Assembly (NCBI RefSeq): GCF_001194135.2
Contig: NC_068981.1
Coordinates: 88,627,140-88,691,139, forward strand
Direction of reading: 5' to 3'
DNA: 64,000 nt
Source of the DNA: Octopus bimaculoides
Taxonomy: Eukaryota
The notes under the pieces: model-generated
Seen by the model: the letters and a program-made list of their open reading frames with translations, nothing else
Told to the model about the DNA's origin: nothing
Databases searched by the model: none
Position numbers and translations under genes: made by a program
Shown here: positions 1-11,322 of the stretch, piece after piece
Position numbering within the stretch: position 1 is the stretch's first letter
Layout: each line of letters starts with the position of its first letter

Positions 1-10
1 CATTGTACAT

Positions 11-237
11 CTATGAAAAGAACACATATTCTCCTCCCTGCTCTCTCTCTCTAGTACTGTCTGACGTCAATTTCTGCTTAATCATGACAGTTGTTTTCTG
101 CCCGTCGTCTGTCTTCTGCTTTGAATGAAAAATATTTCCATAATCTTCATACATGTACTGTTTATAATTTAGTACATCTTTTAAGTATTTTTTTAAACTA
201 CTTAGATTTTCTTCGAAAAGTCGATGTATGTTATCCT
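11..237 (-). CDS. Candidate orphan terminal exon (product unknown)
   Basis: Minus-strand acceptor tttgtcttgcag, then an open frame (E)DNIHRLFEENLSSLKKYLKDVLNYKQYMYEDYGNIFHSK...GGEYVFFS*. Non-repetitive, no recognised homology. Confidence 0.22.
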
Positions 238-410
238 CTGCAAGACAAACATTGTCATCGACCAAATGAGATTAATAGAGGTTTTCTGTGTGAATATATT
301 TTTAACCTGAAAATATTTAAAAAGCTTTGTTCTGGAGGCGATTGTATCAGTTAATCTCCTTCCTTCGAATTTGTTGTCCTTGCGTCTATGTAATAATAAT
401 AATGATAATA

Positions 411-1577
411 ATCCTTTCTACCGAAGGCACAAGGCCTGAAATTTTGGGAGAGGAGACTAGTAGATTAAATCGACATCAGTGTTTCACTGCTACTTATTTT
501 ATCGACCGCAGAAGGATGTAAGGCAAGTTAACCTGAACTCCGGACGTAAAGCCAGAAGAAGTGCCAATAAATATGCTAACGGTTCTGCCAGCTCTCTGCC
601 TCAATAATAATGATAATAAGAACAATAATAATGGTTTCAAATTTTTGGTACATGGTCAGCAATTCCAGTGGAGGTGGGTAGTTCGATTACATCGACCCCA
701 GCATTCAACTGGTACTTAATTAATTGACCTCGAAAGGATGAAAGACAAAGTCGACCTCGGCGGAATTTGAACTCTGAACGTAAAGACCAACGAAATGCTG
801 CTAAATAGTTTGTCCGGCGTGCTAACGATTCTGCCAGCTCGCCGCCTTAACAACAGGGGGCGTGTCGATTTTATCGTTCCCAGTGCTTAACTGGTACTTA
901 TTTTATTGACTTCGAAAGAATGAAAGGCAAAGTCGACCTTGGTGGAATTTAAACTCAGAACGCAGCGACGCACGAAATGTTAAGCATTTTGTTGTCGTGC
1001 TAACGATTCTACCAGCACGTCGCCTTAACAACCACAATAATAATGGTAATCTATATAATGATAATAATTGTAATTTCAAGAAAACGAAACATTAGGACCT
1101 AGATGGATTCGAAGGATTCTGAGTTGTCTTTCATAATGGTTTCTAATTTTGACACGAGGTCAGAAACTTCTTGGGTAGGATTTGTCGATTGTATTGACCC
1201 CAGTGCTTAACTGGTACTTATTTCATCGACCCCGAAAGGATGAAAAGCAAAGTCGACCTCGGCGGAATTTAAACTCAGAACGTAAAGATGGACGAAATGC
1301 CGCTAAGTACTATTTCGGGCGTGTTAACGTTTCTGCCAGCTCACCATCCTATAGGGCTATCTTTCATATTAATTTCAAATTTTGGCATAAGCCCAATAGT
1401 TTTTTAGTGGGAGGGTATAAGTCAATTACATCGACCCCCGGTGCACAACTGGTACTTACTTTGTCGCCACCGAAAAGATGAAGGCTAAAGTCAACCTCGG
1501 CGGAATTTGAACTCAGGACGCGCAGACGGGCGAATGCTGCTAAGCATTTTTGCCCGGCGAGCTAACGATTCTGCCAT
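411..1577 (-). mobile_element. Five head-to-tail copies of tRNA-derived SINE family A
   Basis: Copies at about 411-601, 633-848, 857-1027, 1137-1347 and 1372-1577. Each matches the reverse complement of GGCGGCGAGCTGGCAGAATCGTTAGC...GAGTTCAAATTCCGCCGAGGTCGACTTTGCC (A-box/B-box-like head); most are separated by (AAT)-rich spacers. Confidence 0.9.
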
Positions 1578-1599
1578 GATATTGTCATTCATATTAAAA

Positions 1600-2990
1600 T
1601 AAACTTTCTGAAGGTGAGTCAAGTTGACATGTGGTCAAGAATCAACGGTCGAAATTGAGATTAAAGGAGGTATTTTCCAAGGAGATTCATTATCTTCATT
1701 TGTGTTTATTATTTCTTTCATTTTCTGCCACACATACATCAGAAAACTGTTAGCCAAAATATTACTTAGCCAAAAGTAACGTTGGAATCAATCATCTAGT
1801 GTGCATTGATGCAAAAAAGATAAAGTCTGAAAGAATTACCGTTAGAGACAACAAAGTAATATGATCAGTGATGAACGAAGAAATCTATGCATGACTGGCC
1901 TGGCTGTACTGCAGAATGATGGTGCGAAGCAGAAAGAAATGAAAGACAAATCTGGAGATGAATACAAAAGAAAGACCAGGAAAATCCAAGATATAAAACT
2001 AAATGGAAGGAACATCATTAAAGGATCAATAATAGTATTGAAATCTTTTATTGCCTTTCATGAATAGACGAAATATGAACTGGATCAAATGAAAAGACGC
2101 ACCAGAAAGCCGTTAACAATGCACAGTGAGTTACTCCCACAGTGAATGTTAGTAAACTGTGTATATTTATAAAACGAGGCGGGGGCAGCTGATTATCCAA
2201 TGTAACAGTAAGAACATTTGGCAATTATAGGATTATGCATATATGTTAGCAAAAATGAGAAGCTTATATGTGCAGCGAGAAAGATGATTAGTGAAAACGT
2301 AGAAGAAAAATAATATTACAAACAAAACTATGTAGCAGCAAGATGGAAAGCTAGTAGAATGTGTATTGTTTACTAGGCAAGCAACATATATGATTAAGAG
2401 ATGAACAATAGGCATGGTTATTTGTTGATAAGAATAAAGCCCATTAAAGTAAAATCTGACACAGCAGCCAGCAAAGTACTAGATGTGGCAGAGTAAGAAA
2501 ACATCAATAATATAGTATCTTCAGAAAGATAGAAATAAATAAGTGAATAAAATAAAAACTAAACCTGGTAGGAAAAGGAACCATTGGACGGTTAGCTGGA
2601 AGTTTAAAGAAAAATTAAAAGGAAAATTGGTACCATCAATGACCAAGAGTTGTAATATTATTGTAAGATGGTTTAGCTTTTCTCTGTGCAACTTAATTAC
2701 GTAATAAAGAAACAAACCAACTACGATTATAACAGAGAAACAAACAAGGTATGGGTAATATCGAATTTACTATAATATATATTATGAGAAAGCGTTAGGG
2801 AGAAAAGTATCTGGAATTGACATGAAAACTCATAAAGCTTTGAAACATACAAATATAGTTATACTTCTTGTCATAGAAGCTCTGGAAACAACGCTAAAAT
2901 TAGATTTTAAATAAGTCTTAGTCAACTATTTTTATAAAAAAAAGACTCAATATGGTTGAGTTTCAGTTCTAAGTTCTTCATCTCCCAGGA
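1600..2990 (+). mobile_element. Decayed R4/Dong-like RLE non-LTR retrotransposon (RT C-terminal half to endonuclease)
   Basis: Frame fragments IKGGIFQGDSLSSFVFII (RT QGD motif), GRNIIKG and YELDQMKRRTRKPLTMH (cf. ELDQLDRKTRKLMTMH), with a weak RLE C-terminal region near 2700-2890. Many stops and frameshifts. Confidence 0.75.
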
Positions 2991-3039
2991 AACATGCCTT
3001 CATTAAATATCAAGACATGAAACAGCAACAGCCACCGTT

Positions 3040-3427
3040 TTCATCCCTGCAAAAATGATAGGCAAAGTCCACTTCAGTGAAATTTAAACTCAGGACATAA
3101 GACCGGAAAATGCTGCTAAGCATTTTGTCAGGCATACTAACGATTCTGTCTGTTCGGCGCGCTAGCAATAATAATGATAACCTTTCTACTATAGGCACGA
3201 AACCTGACATTTTGGGGAAGGGAACATAGGCCAATTACATTTACTTCAGTACTCAACTGGTACTTACTTTATCGACCCTGAAAAGATGAAAGGTAGAGAC
3301 GACCTCGACAGAATATGAACTGAGAACGTAAAAACGGTCGAAACGCCGGTAAGCATTTTGTCCGGTGTACTAACGATTCTGGCAGCTCGCTGAGCTAATA
3401 ATAATAATAATAATAATAGTAGTAGTA

Positions 3428-3474
<47 letters not shown>

Positions 3475-3599
3475 CCTTTCTACTAAAGGCACATTTTACT
3501 AATTTGTGGGTAGGGAGACTAGTCGATTACATCAACCCCTGTGTCCACTGGTATTTAATTTATCGACCCCGAAAGGATGAAAGGCAAAGTTGACCTCGG

Positions 3600-3610
<11 letters not shown>
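3040..3610 (-). mobile_element. Three SINE family A copies/fragments with (AAT)n tracts
   Basis: Family A consensus matches at about 3050-3170, 3180-3395 and 3470-3600; (AAT)n at 3397-3473 and 3602-3650. Confidence 0.8.
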
Positions 3611-3649
<39 letters not shown>

Positions 3650-3651
<2 letters not shown>

Positions 3652-4190
3652 TTCATCAACAGTGAAAGAAGACCTGCAATAGTATGCTGCTAATGCAGGA
3701 AGATTTACCAAAAATGGACTAAAGAGTGCTCATGAATTCTGAACAAGAACAGCCAAGGTGAGAGAAGAAACCCTACTCCGTATGGAATTACAGGGTCAGT
3801 TCCACCATGAAACCAACAAATGAAAAGACCAGGAAGCATCATGGAGGTGGCTCAACAAGGGTGACCTAAAAAGAATAATATTGAAAGCCTAATCATTGCG
3901 GCCCAGGACCGGACATTGAACACCAACTCAAGGAAAAAGAATATATACCACACAAGTGCATCAGACCTCTGCAGAATGTGTGGCAACAGGGTCAGAAGTG
4001 TGACTCACATTGTTAGTGCTTGTGAAAGTCTTTCACAGAAGGAGTACAAGCGTAGAGACGACAGAGTAACCCCAAACCTCCACTGGCTACTATGCCGTAA
4101 GTATGGATATGAGGTTACGGGTGCTTGGTACCAACATACAGCGTATTAGGTAATGGACGAAAGGGGGAAGGCAAAAATCCTCTATCTGAG
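3650..4190 (+). mobile_element. R4/Dong-like LINE fragment (post-RT region with CCHC knuckle)
   Basis: LQGQFHHET...SWRWLNKGDL; IIAAQDRTLNTNSRKKNIYHTSASDLCRMCGNRVRSVTHIVSAC (CxxC-H-C knuckle); LHWLLCRKYGYEVTGAWYQH. Confidence 0.85.
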
Positions 4191-4287
4191 GCCCTTGTTG
4201 TGACTTGACAAACAGTACAAACCTCCAGTAGATACAATATTTTCAATCAACAAACTCATAGCATTGTATAGTGTGCGACGTCTATAA

Positions 4288-4325
4288 TAATAATAATAAT
4301 GATGATAATAATAATAATAATAATG

Positions 4326-4383
<58 letters not shown>
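4288..4383. repeat. (AAT)n microsatellite
   Basis: Direct reading; source of the poly-Y ORF in the track. Confidence 0.98.
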
Positions 4384-4384
<1 letters not shown>

Positions 4385-4765
4385 CTGATACAAACAGAGA
4401 GCTAGTATTAAATGACGATAGTGGGGATAAGAAAATAAGTAGAAACAAACAAAAAGATTAATAAATAAAGACGTACAAATATATATATGTATAAAAAAAC
4501 AAAGTACAAACAGGTAGGCAACTGCACTGAAGTAAACAGATTTAGATATAAAAAAATCATCAGAAAAGGATAAAAAAAAGATCGAAAAACAAACTCAAAG
4601 CAGTATTGATATAATAATGAGAAAACAGATTGAAAAAAACCTCCATAGCCAATATATCTCATAAAACTCGACAAAGAGTAAGTAAACCGGAATTAAAATG
4701 AACAATAGATCGAAATATCAGTAATGAAAACAAAAGCAGAAGGCTTGGTTTTTGATACACAGAAG
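4385..4765 (+). mobile_element. Further decayed R4/Dong-like LINE fragment
   Basis: KNLHSQY and KTKAEGLVFDTQ resemble the LHGQY...ETEG.I.AAQ segment of the neighbouring element. Confidence 0.45.
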
Positions 4766-4890
4766 GAATTGCTCATACACAAATATATATAGTAACACAA
4801 TAATAGAATAAACAATGCTCACCAGTGTAAACTATGCCATTAAGACATTTTTGTAACTGACCAATTTGTGGATGTCTTATCTTTGCCGAG

Positions 4891-5158
4891 TGGAGGCGCG
4901 TGGCTTTGTGGTTAGGGTATTCGGTTCATGATCGTAAGGTTGTGTGTTCGATTCCCGATTACGTGTTGTGTCTTTGAGCAAGACTCTATTTCTCGTTGCT
5001 CCAGTCCATTCAGCTGGCATAAATGAGTTGTATCTTTGTCATATTTTTTTGTTACGCTGAATCTCCCCGAGAACTACCTTAATGTTAGGTATGTCTGTGG
5101 AGTGCTGGCTGTTCCGTTGATAGAATCAGCTGGAATACTCGTCCTCACCGACGGAGAG
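4891..5158 (+). mobile_element. SINE family B' (different head/core, 3' half shared with family B)
   Basis: tRNA-like head TGGAGGCGCGTGGC..GTGGTTAGGG..GTTCGATTCCC and core TGTGTCTTTGAGCAAGAC..GCTCCAGTCCA, then CGCTGAATCTCCCCGAGAACTAC..GCTGTTCCGTTGAT..CCGACGGAG as in family B. Confidence 0.8.
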
Positions 5159-5201
5159 GCAGGTAAACCTTGATGAGTCCTAGTCTGGCCAGAAACTCGA
5201 T

Positions 5202-5409
5202 AAAGGCGGTGAGCTGGCAGAAATGTTATCGCGCCGGGCGAAATGCTTAGCGGTTCAAATTCCGCCGAGGTTGACTTTGCCTTTCATCCATTCGGGGTCA
5301 ATAAATTAAGTACCAGTTACGCACTGAAGTCGATGTTATCAACTTAATCACTTTGTCTATCCTTGTTTGTCCCCTCTATGTTTAGCCCCTTGTGGGCAAT
5401 AAAGAAATA
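5202..5409 (+). mobile_element. SINE family A variant with alternative 3' tail and 11-bp TSD
   Basis: Family A head; tail ...TTGTCCCCTCTATGTTTAGCCCCTTGTGGGCAATAAAGAAATA, also seen near 46530-46575; TSD AGAAACTCGAT at 5191-5201 and 5410-5420. Confidence 0.88.
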
Positions 5410-6479
5410 AGAAACTCGATTAAGTCGACGTTTATGTTCACTGGGTAACATATCGACACCTCAAATTGAAACGGGTAAGAAATAGTGTAAATATGTACGG
5501 AAAACGGTACGTGACAACCACAGCCATCTTGGGAATTTTGTCACATTCATTGCCACATAGGTTCATCATATAATTGTTCAGACTGATTTCGTTGCATCAC
5601 GTTATGTGTTTCTTAGAGGGAAGTCCTTCCTCTTCCATGTCTGCGTGGTTTTGAATTGTCATGGATATTTCTGTAACTTTGCTTTTTTCTTGGAAGAAGT
5701 GTTGGCTCTACGCAAACTAATTTTTACCTCTCGGAAGAGGTGATACTTATTAGTCTGGCTTCCGTCATTTAACCTGTCCAGCATGGGAAGGTCTACCACG
5801 AGGTTGCGCTCTGCTGGAAACACTCCCAGGATCACTGAAGCATACAAACCACAATACCACCACAAAGACTGGACCTTATGGTGAATTTCTCTTCCAGATG
5901 AAACGCAATTGTTTAAAAAACAGATGGGTATATTGGATAATGAAAGGCTGGATTCCTGGATATATTACGGCAAAGGAAACCCGGGACGGTTACAATTATA
6001 ACACTTGTCCAACGATTCGTGTGTGTTACTCTGATGTCTCACGAGTCGCAAAATATTCAGTGGTCGAAGTTTATACAGCGAGGAAGAGATGTATACAATG
6101 TAAACACAGCAGAAGAAACCACAATAGCGTTATTGAGATTCAAACAATGTCGAATATCTAGACTACATACGAAATGGTGAAACCATTCAGCTCTTACTTT
6201 CCAGCTCGGAATCTTACAAAGTGAAGTTTAGCACTTCCAGCTCATACATCAATCTTTGTAACTAACTCGATAAAGGCTGTCAGCTTTTCTGGAGAATATC
6301 AGAAGGAAATGGTCACATTAGTCCCGGCGGCTTCCATTTCTCTACCCGATTTCTTTTGAACAATAACCACATTAACCACAACAATCAAAACAACTAGAAC
6401 TCTGAACTCATTCCTGTCTCATTAATAACACCAGACACTCCATAGCTCAACTGTGATAATTGAATCACAAGAAATTATG

Positions 6480-6497
6480 CTGGAGCTGCTGCTGCTG

Positions 6498-6545
<48 letters not shown>

Positions 6546-6782
6546 TTGCTGCTGCTGCTACCGCTGCTGCTGGAGTCGATACATTTATCTGCTACTACTT
6601 GCTGTAGCTACTACGCACCACTCTGTACAGCTATAGGATCTCGGTTCATTAGTTGTGTTATGCTACGATAATTTAGTTTGAATATTCGCTTAGATGAGAA
6701 AATGCAATGAAAAGTCTAAAGGCTGCTTAGTGGGTAGCTGATTGCACTATGCAAATTCTCATTCCATTTTGAAACATTTATT

Positions 6783-6871
<89 letters not shown>

Positions 6872-6880
6872 GCACACACT
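6480..6880. repeat. (CTG/CTA)n and (CA)n microsatellites
   Basis: (CTG)/(CTA) tract at about 6485-6570; (CA)n at about 6786-6878. Confidence 0.95.
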
Positions 6881-7829
6881 TATATGCACATGTAGCACAC
6901 GTAGAAACACATTAAAGAACATAAGTGAATACGCTTTTCCCTTCCTTCTCTCTCTCTCTTTCTCTCATTACCTCTCTCACTCTCTCTCTCTCTAAGTAAA
7001 GGGATGGTAACCGGAATGAGTAGTTGCTTCATACGTACATATGAATAATCAGTTATTATACCAGGTTGAGGTGTTCATGACGTTTCTCAATGCTGCTAAC
7101 CACATGAAGAATATTTTGAACACCGAGTTTTAGCCTAAATGAACGTAGTGGCAATCATATTATCTAAACCTACAAATTGATAATTCAGAATGAACCTTCC
7201 TCACAGTCAAGCATTTCTGAAAGGCTTTAAAGTGAACTAAATCACTTCAACAAAGAAGGAATCAATACCAGGACGCAACTCGCTTCATTAGGTGTTCATC
7301 ACTAATTAATGTTTTCCAATTTACAAGGATCCAAAAGGTTGATGTTCGACGCTAGTTTATGTAACCTTAAGTAGAGGAGGACTACATGTCTTTCTAGGAG
7401 AGAAGATGTCGGCCTACAGAAGATAGCTTTACCAGTGGGTGGATGCTGAATTGAATTCAGTACTACAAGCCAACAAGACAATTCATACATGTTATAGATG
7501 CTTATATGCTCAGTAGTGTGTATGAGCGACTAAGTTCTCGGGAGTTCTGTATGATAAATTGAATGATTTATTTTGGATCAATATGAACATATGGATTATC
7601 AATAACTTAAAATCCTTATCCTGAGAGCGCCATCAAAGGCGAGAAAATTAAGTACAAATCCGGACTAGAATAAAATGTACAGGCATTGACCGGTTTGAAA
7701 TGTAATCTGAACGCTCGAGTGTTGCTGGTCTGTAGAGTTACTCCGAACTGCTGTTGTTGTGTGTGATGAATCTGGCCATAAGTCGGATTCACTTTCAAGA
7801 CTACCTAGCTGTCTATCTCTTATAGTTAA

Positions 7830-7953
7830 GGTAAGCAGCTTTCCTATCTTCACTGTCTATGGCGAAAAAGGTAGAATTGCGGACAATATTGAAAGGAATG
7901 GGACGACTTACCCACTCACTCGAAATTGCTGGCCTTGAGCCAAAATTTGAAAC

Positions 7954-8017
<64 letters not shown>

Positions 8018-8018
8018 T
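7830..8018 (+). mobile_element. SINE family A 3' part with (ATT)n tail
   Basis: ...AAATTGCTGGCCTTGAGCCAAAATTTGAAACC followed directly by (ATT)n to 8018. Confidence 0.75.
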
Positions 8019-8374
8019 TCATTAGCATCTTTTTTCAATTCTGTTTCCATTTCTTGCAGAAATGTTTTTTTCTGTTTTATCAGTGTTTTCCTGATACCTA
8101 GGGCAGAGAAACGTACTGTATACATTGGTAGGCCATTAAAACAAACACACGGAATCATGTGATAGAGAAAAAGGGGAAGACAGAGAGAAAAAGGAAAAAA
8201 AAAAACAAAGAAAATAAAGGGGAAAAAAAGGAAAGAAAATTCACAGCGACAATACTCTTCTCAATACGTGTGACGTACCAGTTAAGACAAACTTTTGCAC
8301 TTCCTGCATGGATGGTAAGCCAGGGATCATTCTTAAATAATTTTCAGTTCCCTTTTCGATCATTACAAGTGTTC

Positions 8375-9455
8375 CTATAATCACTGGTATTGTGACCGTC
8401 TTGGGATTTCGATTCGTAAATCTTTATATTTTCTGAGCTTATCAAATTCTATTGCCGAAATTTTATGGTCACAGGTTATGCTCATGTCAGTCAATAAACA
8501 AAGTTTATTGCTTTTGTCTTTCATAACAATATCTGGTTTATGTGCTTTGATGATCCGGTTTGTACATACTGGGAAGTTCCAAAGAATAGTTACATTTTCT
8601 TCCTCAGTTATAGCCCCAGGGTAGTGCTTGTACCATTTGTCAGCAGTTTTGATTTTATAATACTGACACATTATCTAATGTAGATATTGGCCAACTCTGT
8701 CATGTTTTGATTTGTACTCTACAAGTGCAAAAACCTTACATCCAGAGATTAGGTAGTCGACTGTTTCTATTCCATCGTTGCAATATCGGCACTTTGGGTC
8801 TACACCATTTTTCATCACGTTGGCTTGATAGTTCCGGGTCAATAAGCTCTGGTCTTGGGTACCTAAGGTAAAGCCTTCACTCTCTGCCTTTAGCCCTGAG
8901 CTCCGTAGCCACTGATAGGTGTGCTTCTGGTCTACATCAGCTTGTTTTGCTACGTATTCGCTATGCAGAGGTTTTTGTTCCCACCTATCAGCCAATTGTT
9001 CAAGCATTTTGCTTTGCTTTTAATTTAACCTTCTTTGCAACTACAATTGGTGGTTTTGTAGGAGATTTCAAATTAGATTAAGCCTCGACCTCTTTGAGCT
9101 CTGGGTGGGTAAAGACAATCTGCGTCTGCCTTTGGGTGGTACATCTCATCGCAAGTCAACAGCTTACGGATTTTTCTGTCAATCTTCCTTATTTCGCTGA
9201 TATTCCAGTTCAACACATTGAAACTGTAAATAACGACCGGAACTGCTAAGGAATTTCTAGCTAACACTTTGTTACGTGTATTTAACACGGATTTTAGGAC
9301 TGCTCAAACTCTCCTGTGACACTCCTTCCTGATCTTCTCTTTCATACTTGCATGGTTAATGCCAGAGCCTTAATTTAATCCGAGGTATTTGTAAGTTTGT
9401 TCCTGCTCGAGTTCTTTTATGACTGTGTCAACATCCAACACCACTGAATGTGAGG
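8375..9455 (-). mobile_element. R4/Dong-like RLE LINE, best-preserved copy (RT end, CCHC, PD-(D/E)xK endonuclease)
   Basis: ORF fragments IKELEQEQTYKYLG; NKVLARNSLAVPVVIYSFNVLNW..IDRKIRKLL..HPKAD..RGRGL; LKAESEGF..QDQSLLTRNY..CRYC..C; ILWNFPVCTNRIIKAHKPDIVMKDK..LLTDMSI..KYKDLRIEI. Confidence 0.92.
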
Positions 9456-9456
9456 C

Positions 9457-9562
9457 CTTCTTCTTCTTCTTCTTCTTCTTCTTCTTCTTCTTCTTCTTCT
9501 TCTTCTTCTTCTTCTTCTTCTTCTTCTTCTTCTTCTTCTTCTTCTTCTTCTTCTTCTTCTTC
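9457..9562. repeat. (TTC)n microsatellite
   Basis: Direct reading; source of the poly-F and poly-K ORFs. Confidence 0.98.
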
Positions 9563-9570
9563 GTATTATT

Positions 9571-9937
9571 ATTACCTCCGCCTTCGCTAAGGCGGAGGTA
9601 TTGTTTCAGTCGCGTTTGTTTGTTTGTCCGTGGGCAAGATATCTCAAGAACCGGCGGATGGATTTGGATGAAATTTTCAGGGATGTTTGGTCTTGTGCCT
9701 GACACGAACTAATTAGATTTCGGGATCGATCTGGTACCGGACAAGAATTCTGGATTATTTTTTCTGTTTTTTTTTTTACTTAATTTTTGAGACCGGTCGG
9801 GTTCATTTTTAGCATTCTCGTTTGTGAGAGCAGTCGAGTTTCAGATATTCTCATTTAAAAAATCTCTCTCTGGCTAAATGTTGAGAGAACGTTGGTGTTG
9901 CTTTAGCGGAAGTTTGCGCTCTCTGATTGTACTTGTT
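9571..9937 (+). mobile_element. Non-autonomous Helentron-like (HINE/DINE-1-type) element
   Basis: 5' hairpin TACCTCCGCC-ttcgctaa-GGCGGAGGTA (10-bp perfect stem), short (TTTG) run, ACCGGCGGATGGATTTGGATGAAATTTTCAGG block, 3' subterminal repeat AGCGGAAGTTTGCGCTCTCTGA, flanked by (TAT)n. Family assignment is from recalled architecture. Confidence 0.62.
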
Positions 9938-9944
9938 ATTATTA

Positions 9945-10530
9945 TTATTATTATTATTCATATACACTCAATAGATTAGACTGTTGGAAAAGAAAAGAAT
10001 CATAACATCGGGATACAACAAGTAGCCTTAGACGCTAAGAACCCTCCTACTGGGTAGTAACCTTAGATACCAAGGACCCTCCTAAGTATCCTAAGCGTCC
10101 CTAATAACATTGTTTTCTGGAGTTGTACTAAACTGGGTTTTATGCCTATTTCCTCTATCCATCTGTTCAGATCTTTAGGGATCTACATCAGCTTGTTTTG
10201 TTACATATTTGCTATGCAGAGGTTTTTGTTGCCACCTATCAGGCGCATTTTTCTTTGCTATTGATTTCACCTTCTTTGCAACTACAGTTGCTGCATTGTT
10301 TTCTGGAGTTGTACTAAACTGGGTTTTATGCCTATTTCATCTATCCATCTGTTCAGATCTTTAGGGATAGTTCCCAATGCACCTATAACTATTGGGATAC
10401 ATTTTACCTGTACTTACCGCAGTATCTGTAATTCAATAGCTAAATCCTGGCACTTTGCTATTTTTTTCTATTCCTCTCAGATTTGGGACTGTAAAGTCAA
10501 TTATCTGGCATTTCTATTCTCTTTATCTAT
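9945..10530 (-). mobile_element. 3' end of an R4/Dong-like LINE with 3'UTR and (AAT)n tail
   Basis: Minus-strand frames IDFTVP, YQDLAIEL-like, IGALGTIPKDLNRWIDEIGIKPSLVQLQK, LLGTLRILRRVLGI*; UTR runs into (AAT)n at about 9937-9958. Confidence 0.85.
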
Positions 10531-10736
10531 TATTATTATTAGTAGAAGAAGATGAAGAAGAAGAAGAAGCAGTGAAACAGAAGGAAGGGGTAGACCTGGA
10601 TTTTCCGTTGTTACACTTTTGGTAGCAACAGCCACTTGAGATGTTTTTGAGCAAAAGAGTTGGAAAAATGTATAAATGTCTAGTAGGGTCCGCAAGCTGC
10701 TGATTCAGTCATACTATTAGTTATACCACCGCTCAC

Positions 10737-10950
10737 ATATCTGACAGTGAGCCAGGAATCAGTATCGATTTTGGTTCCAGATGCGAACAGTATCGAGGCA
10801 TCTTCTCGAACAGAAATAGCAAAGGAAATCGTCTCATGTCCTGAAACGGGCATCAGGTGACTTCCTTTGATAGGTAGGCAACATGATTCTCTCCTGTAAT
10901 TAACAGCAATAACACTATTCCCTCGTTTTGTGATGACAACAGAAAAAAAT
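10737..10950 (-). CDS. Candidate internal coding exon (product unknown)
   Basis: Long polypyrimidine tract ending ...cgttttctccgacag; 214 nt with only one open frame (FFSVVITKRGNSVIAVNYRRESCCLPIKGSHLMPVSGHETISFAISVREDASILFASGTKIDTDSWLTVRY); donor TAT|gtgagc. Confidence 0.4.
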
Positions 10951-11043
10951 CTGTCGGAGAAAACGCGAAGAGAAAAAAAAAGAGAAAAAGCCTTCAAATT
11001 TTAAGAGAGTACAGTCGATTGTACTGACTGCTATACCATACTA

Positions 11044-11170
11044 CAGGGTGTCCACAAAGTCTGGGTACATGGAGTAAATAAAATCATGACATAAACAATT
11101 AAATATAAGAAATAATAATTTCTTAAAGTATGTGTTAATCCCCATGTACCCAGACTTTGTGGACACCCTG
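11044..11170. mobile_element. Tc1/mariner-type MITE (127 bp)
   Basis: Perfect 29-bp TIRs CAGGGTGTCCACAAAGTCTGGGTACATGG; TA target duplication at 11042-11043 and 11171-11172. Confidence 0.93.
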
Positions 11171-11310
11171 TAGTATTTTATTGAACACCTCGATATATTT
11201 CAGCTAGATGGAAGACAAAAGACGTAATAAATTGGAAAGATATTAATTTTGCATACCAGAGCTGCAGGAGAAAGACAGTGTATATTAGAGATATTTTTGT
11301 TTATTTCCGA

Positions 11311-11322
11311 TAGCGCCATCTG
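11311..11322 (-). promoter_or_regulatory. CAGATGGCGCTA motif (YY1/CTCF-like), possibly at a first exon
   Basis: The motif's ATG opens MALSEINKNISNIHCLSPAAL, ending at donor CTG|gtatgc (11257). Single motif in unique sequence. Confidence 0.2.
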
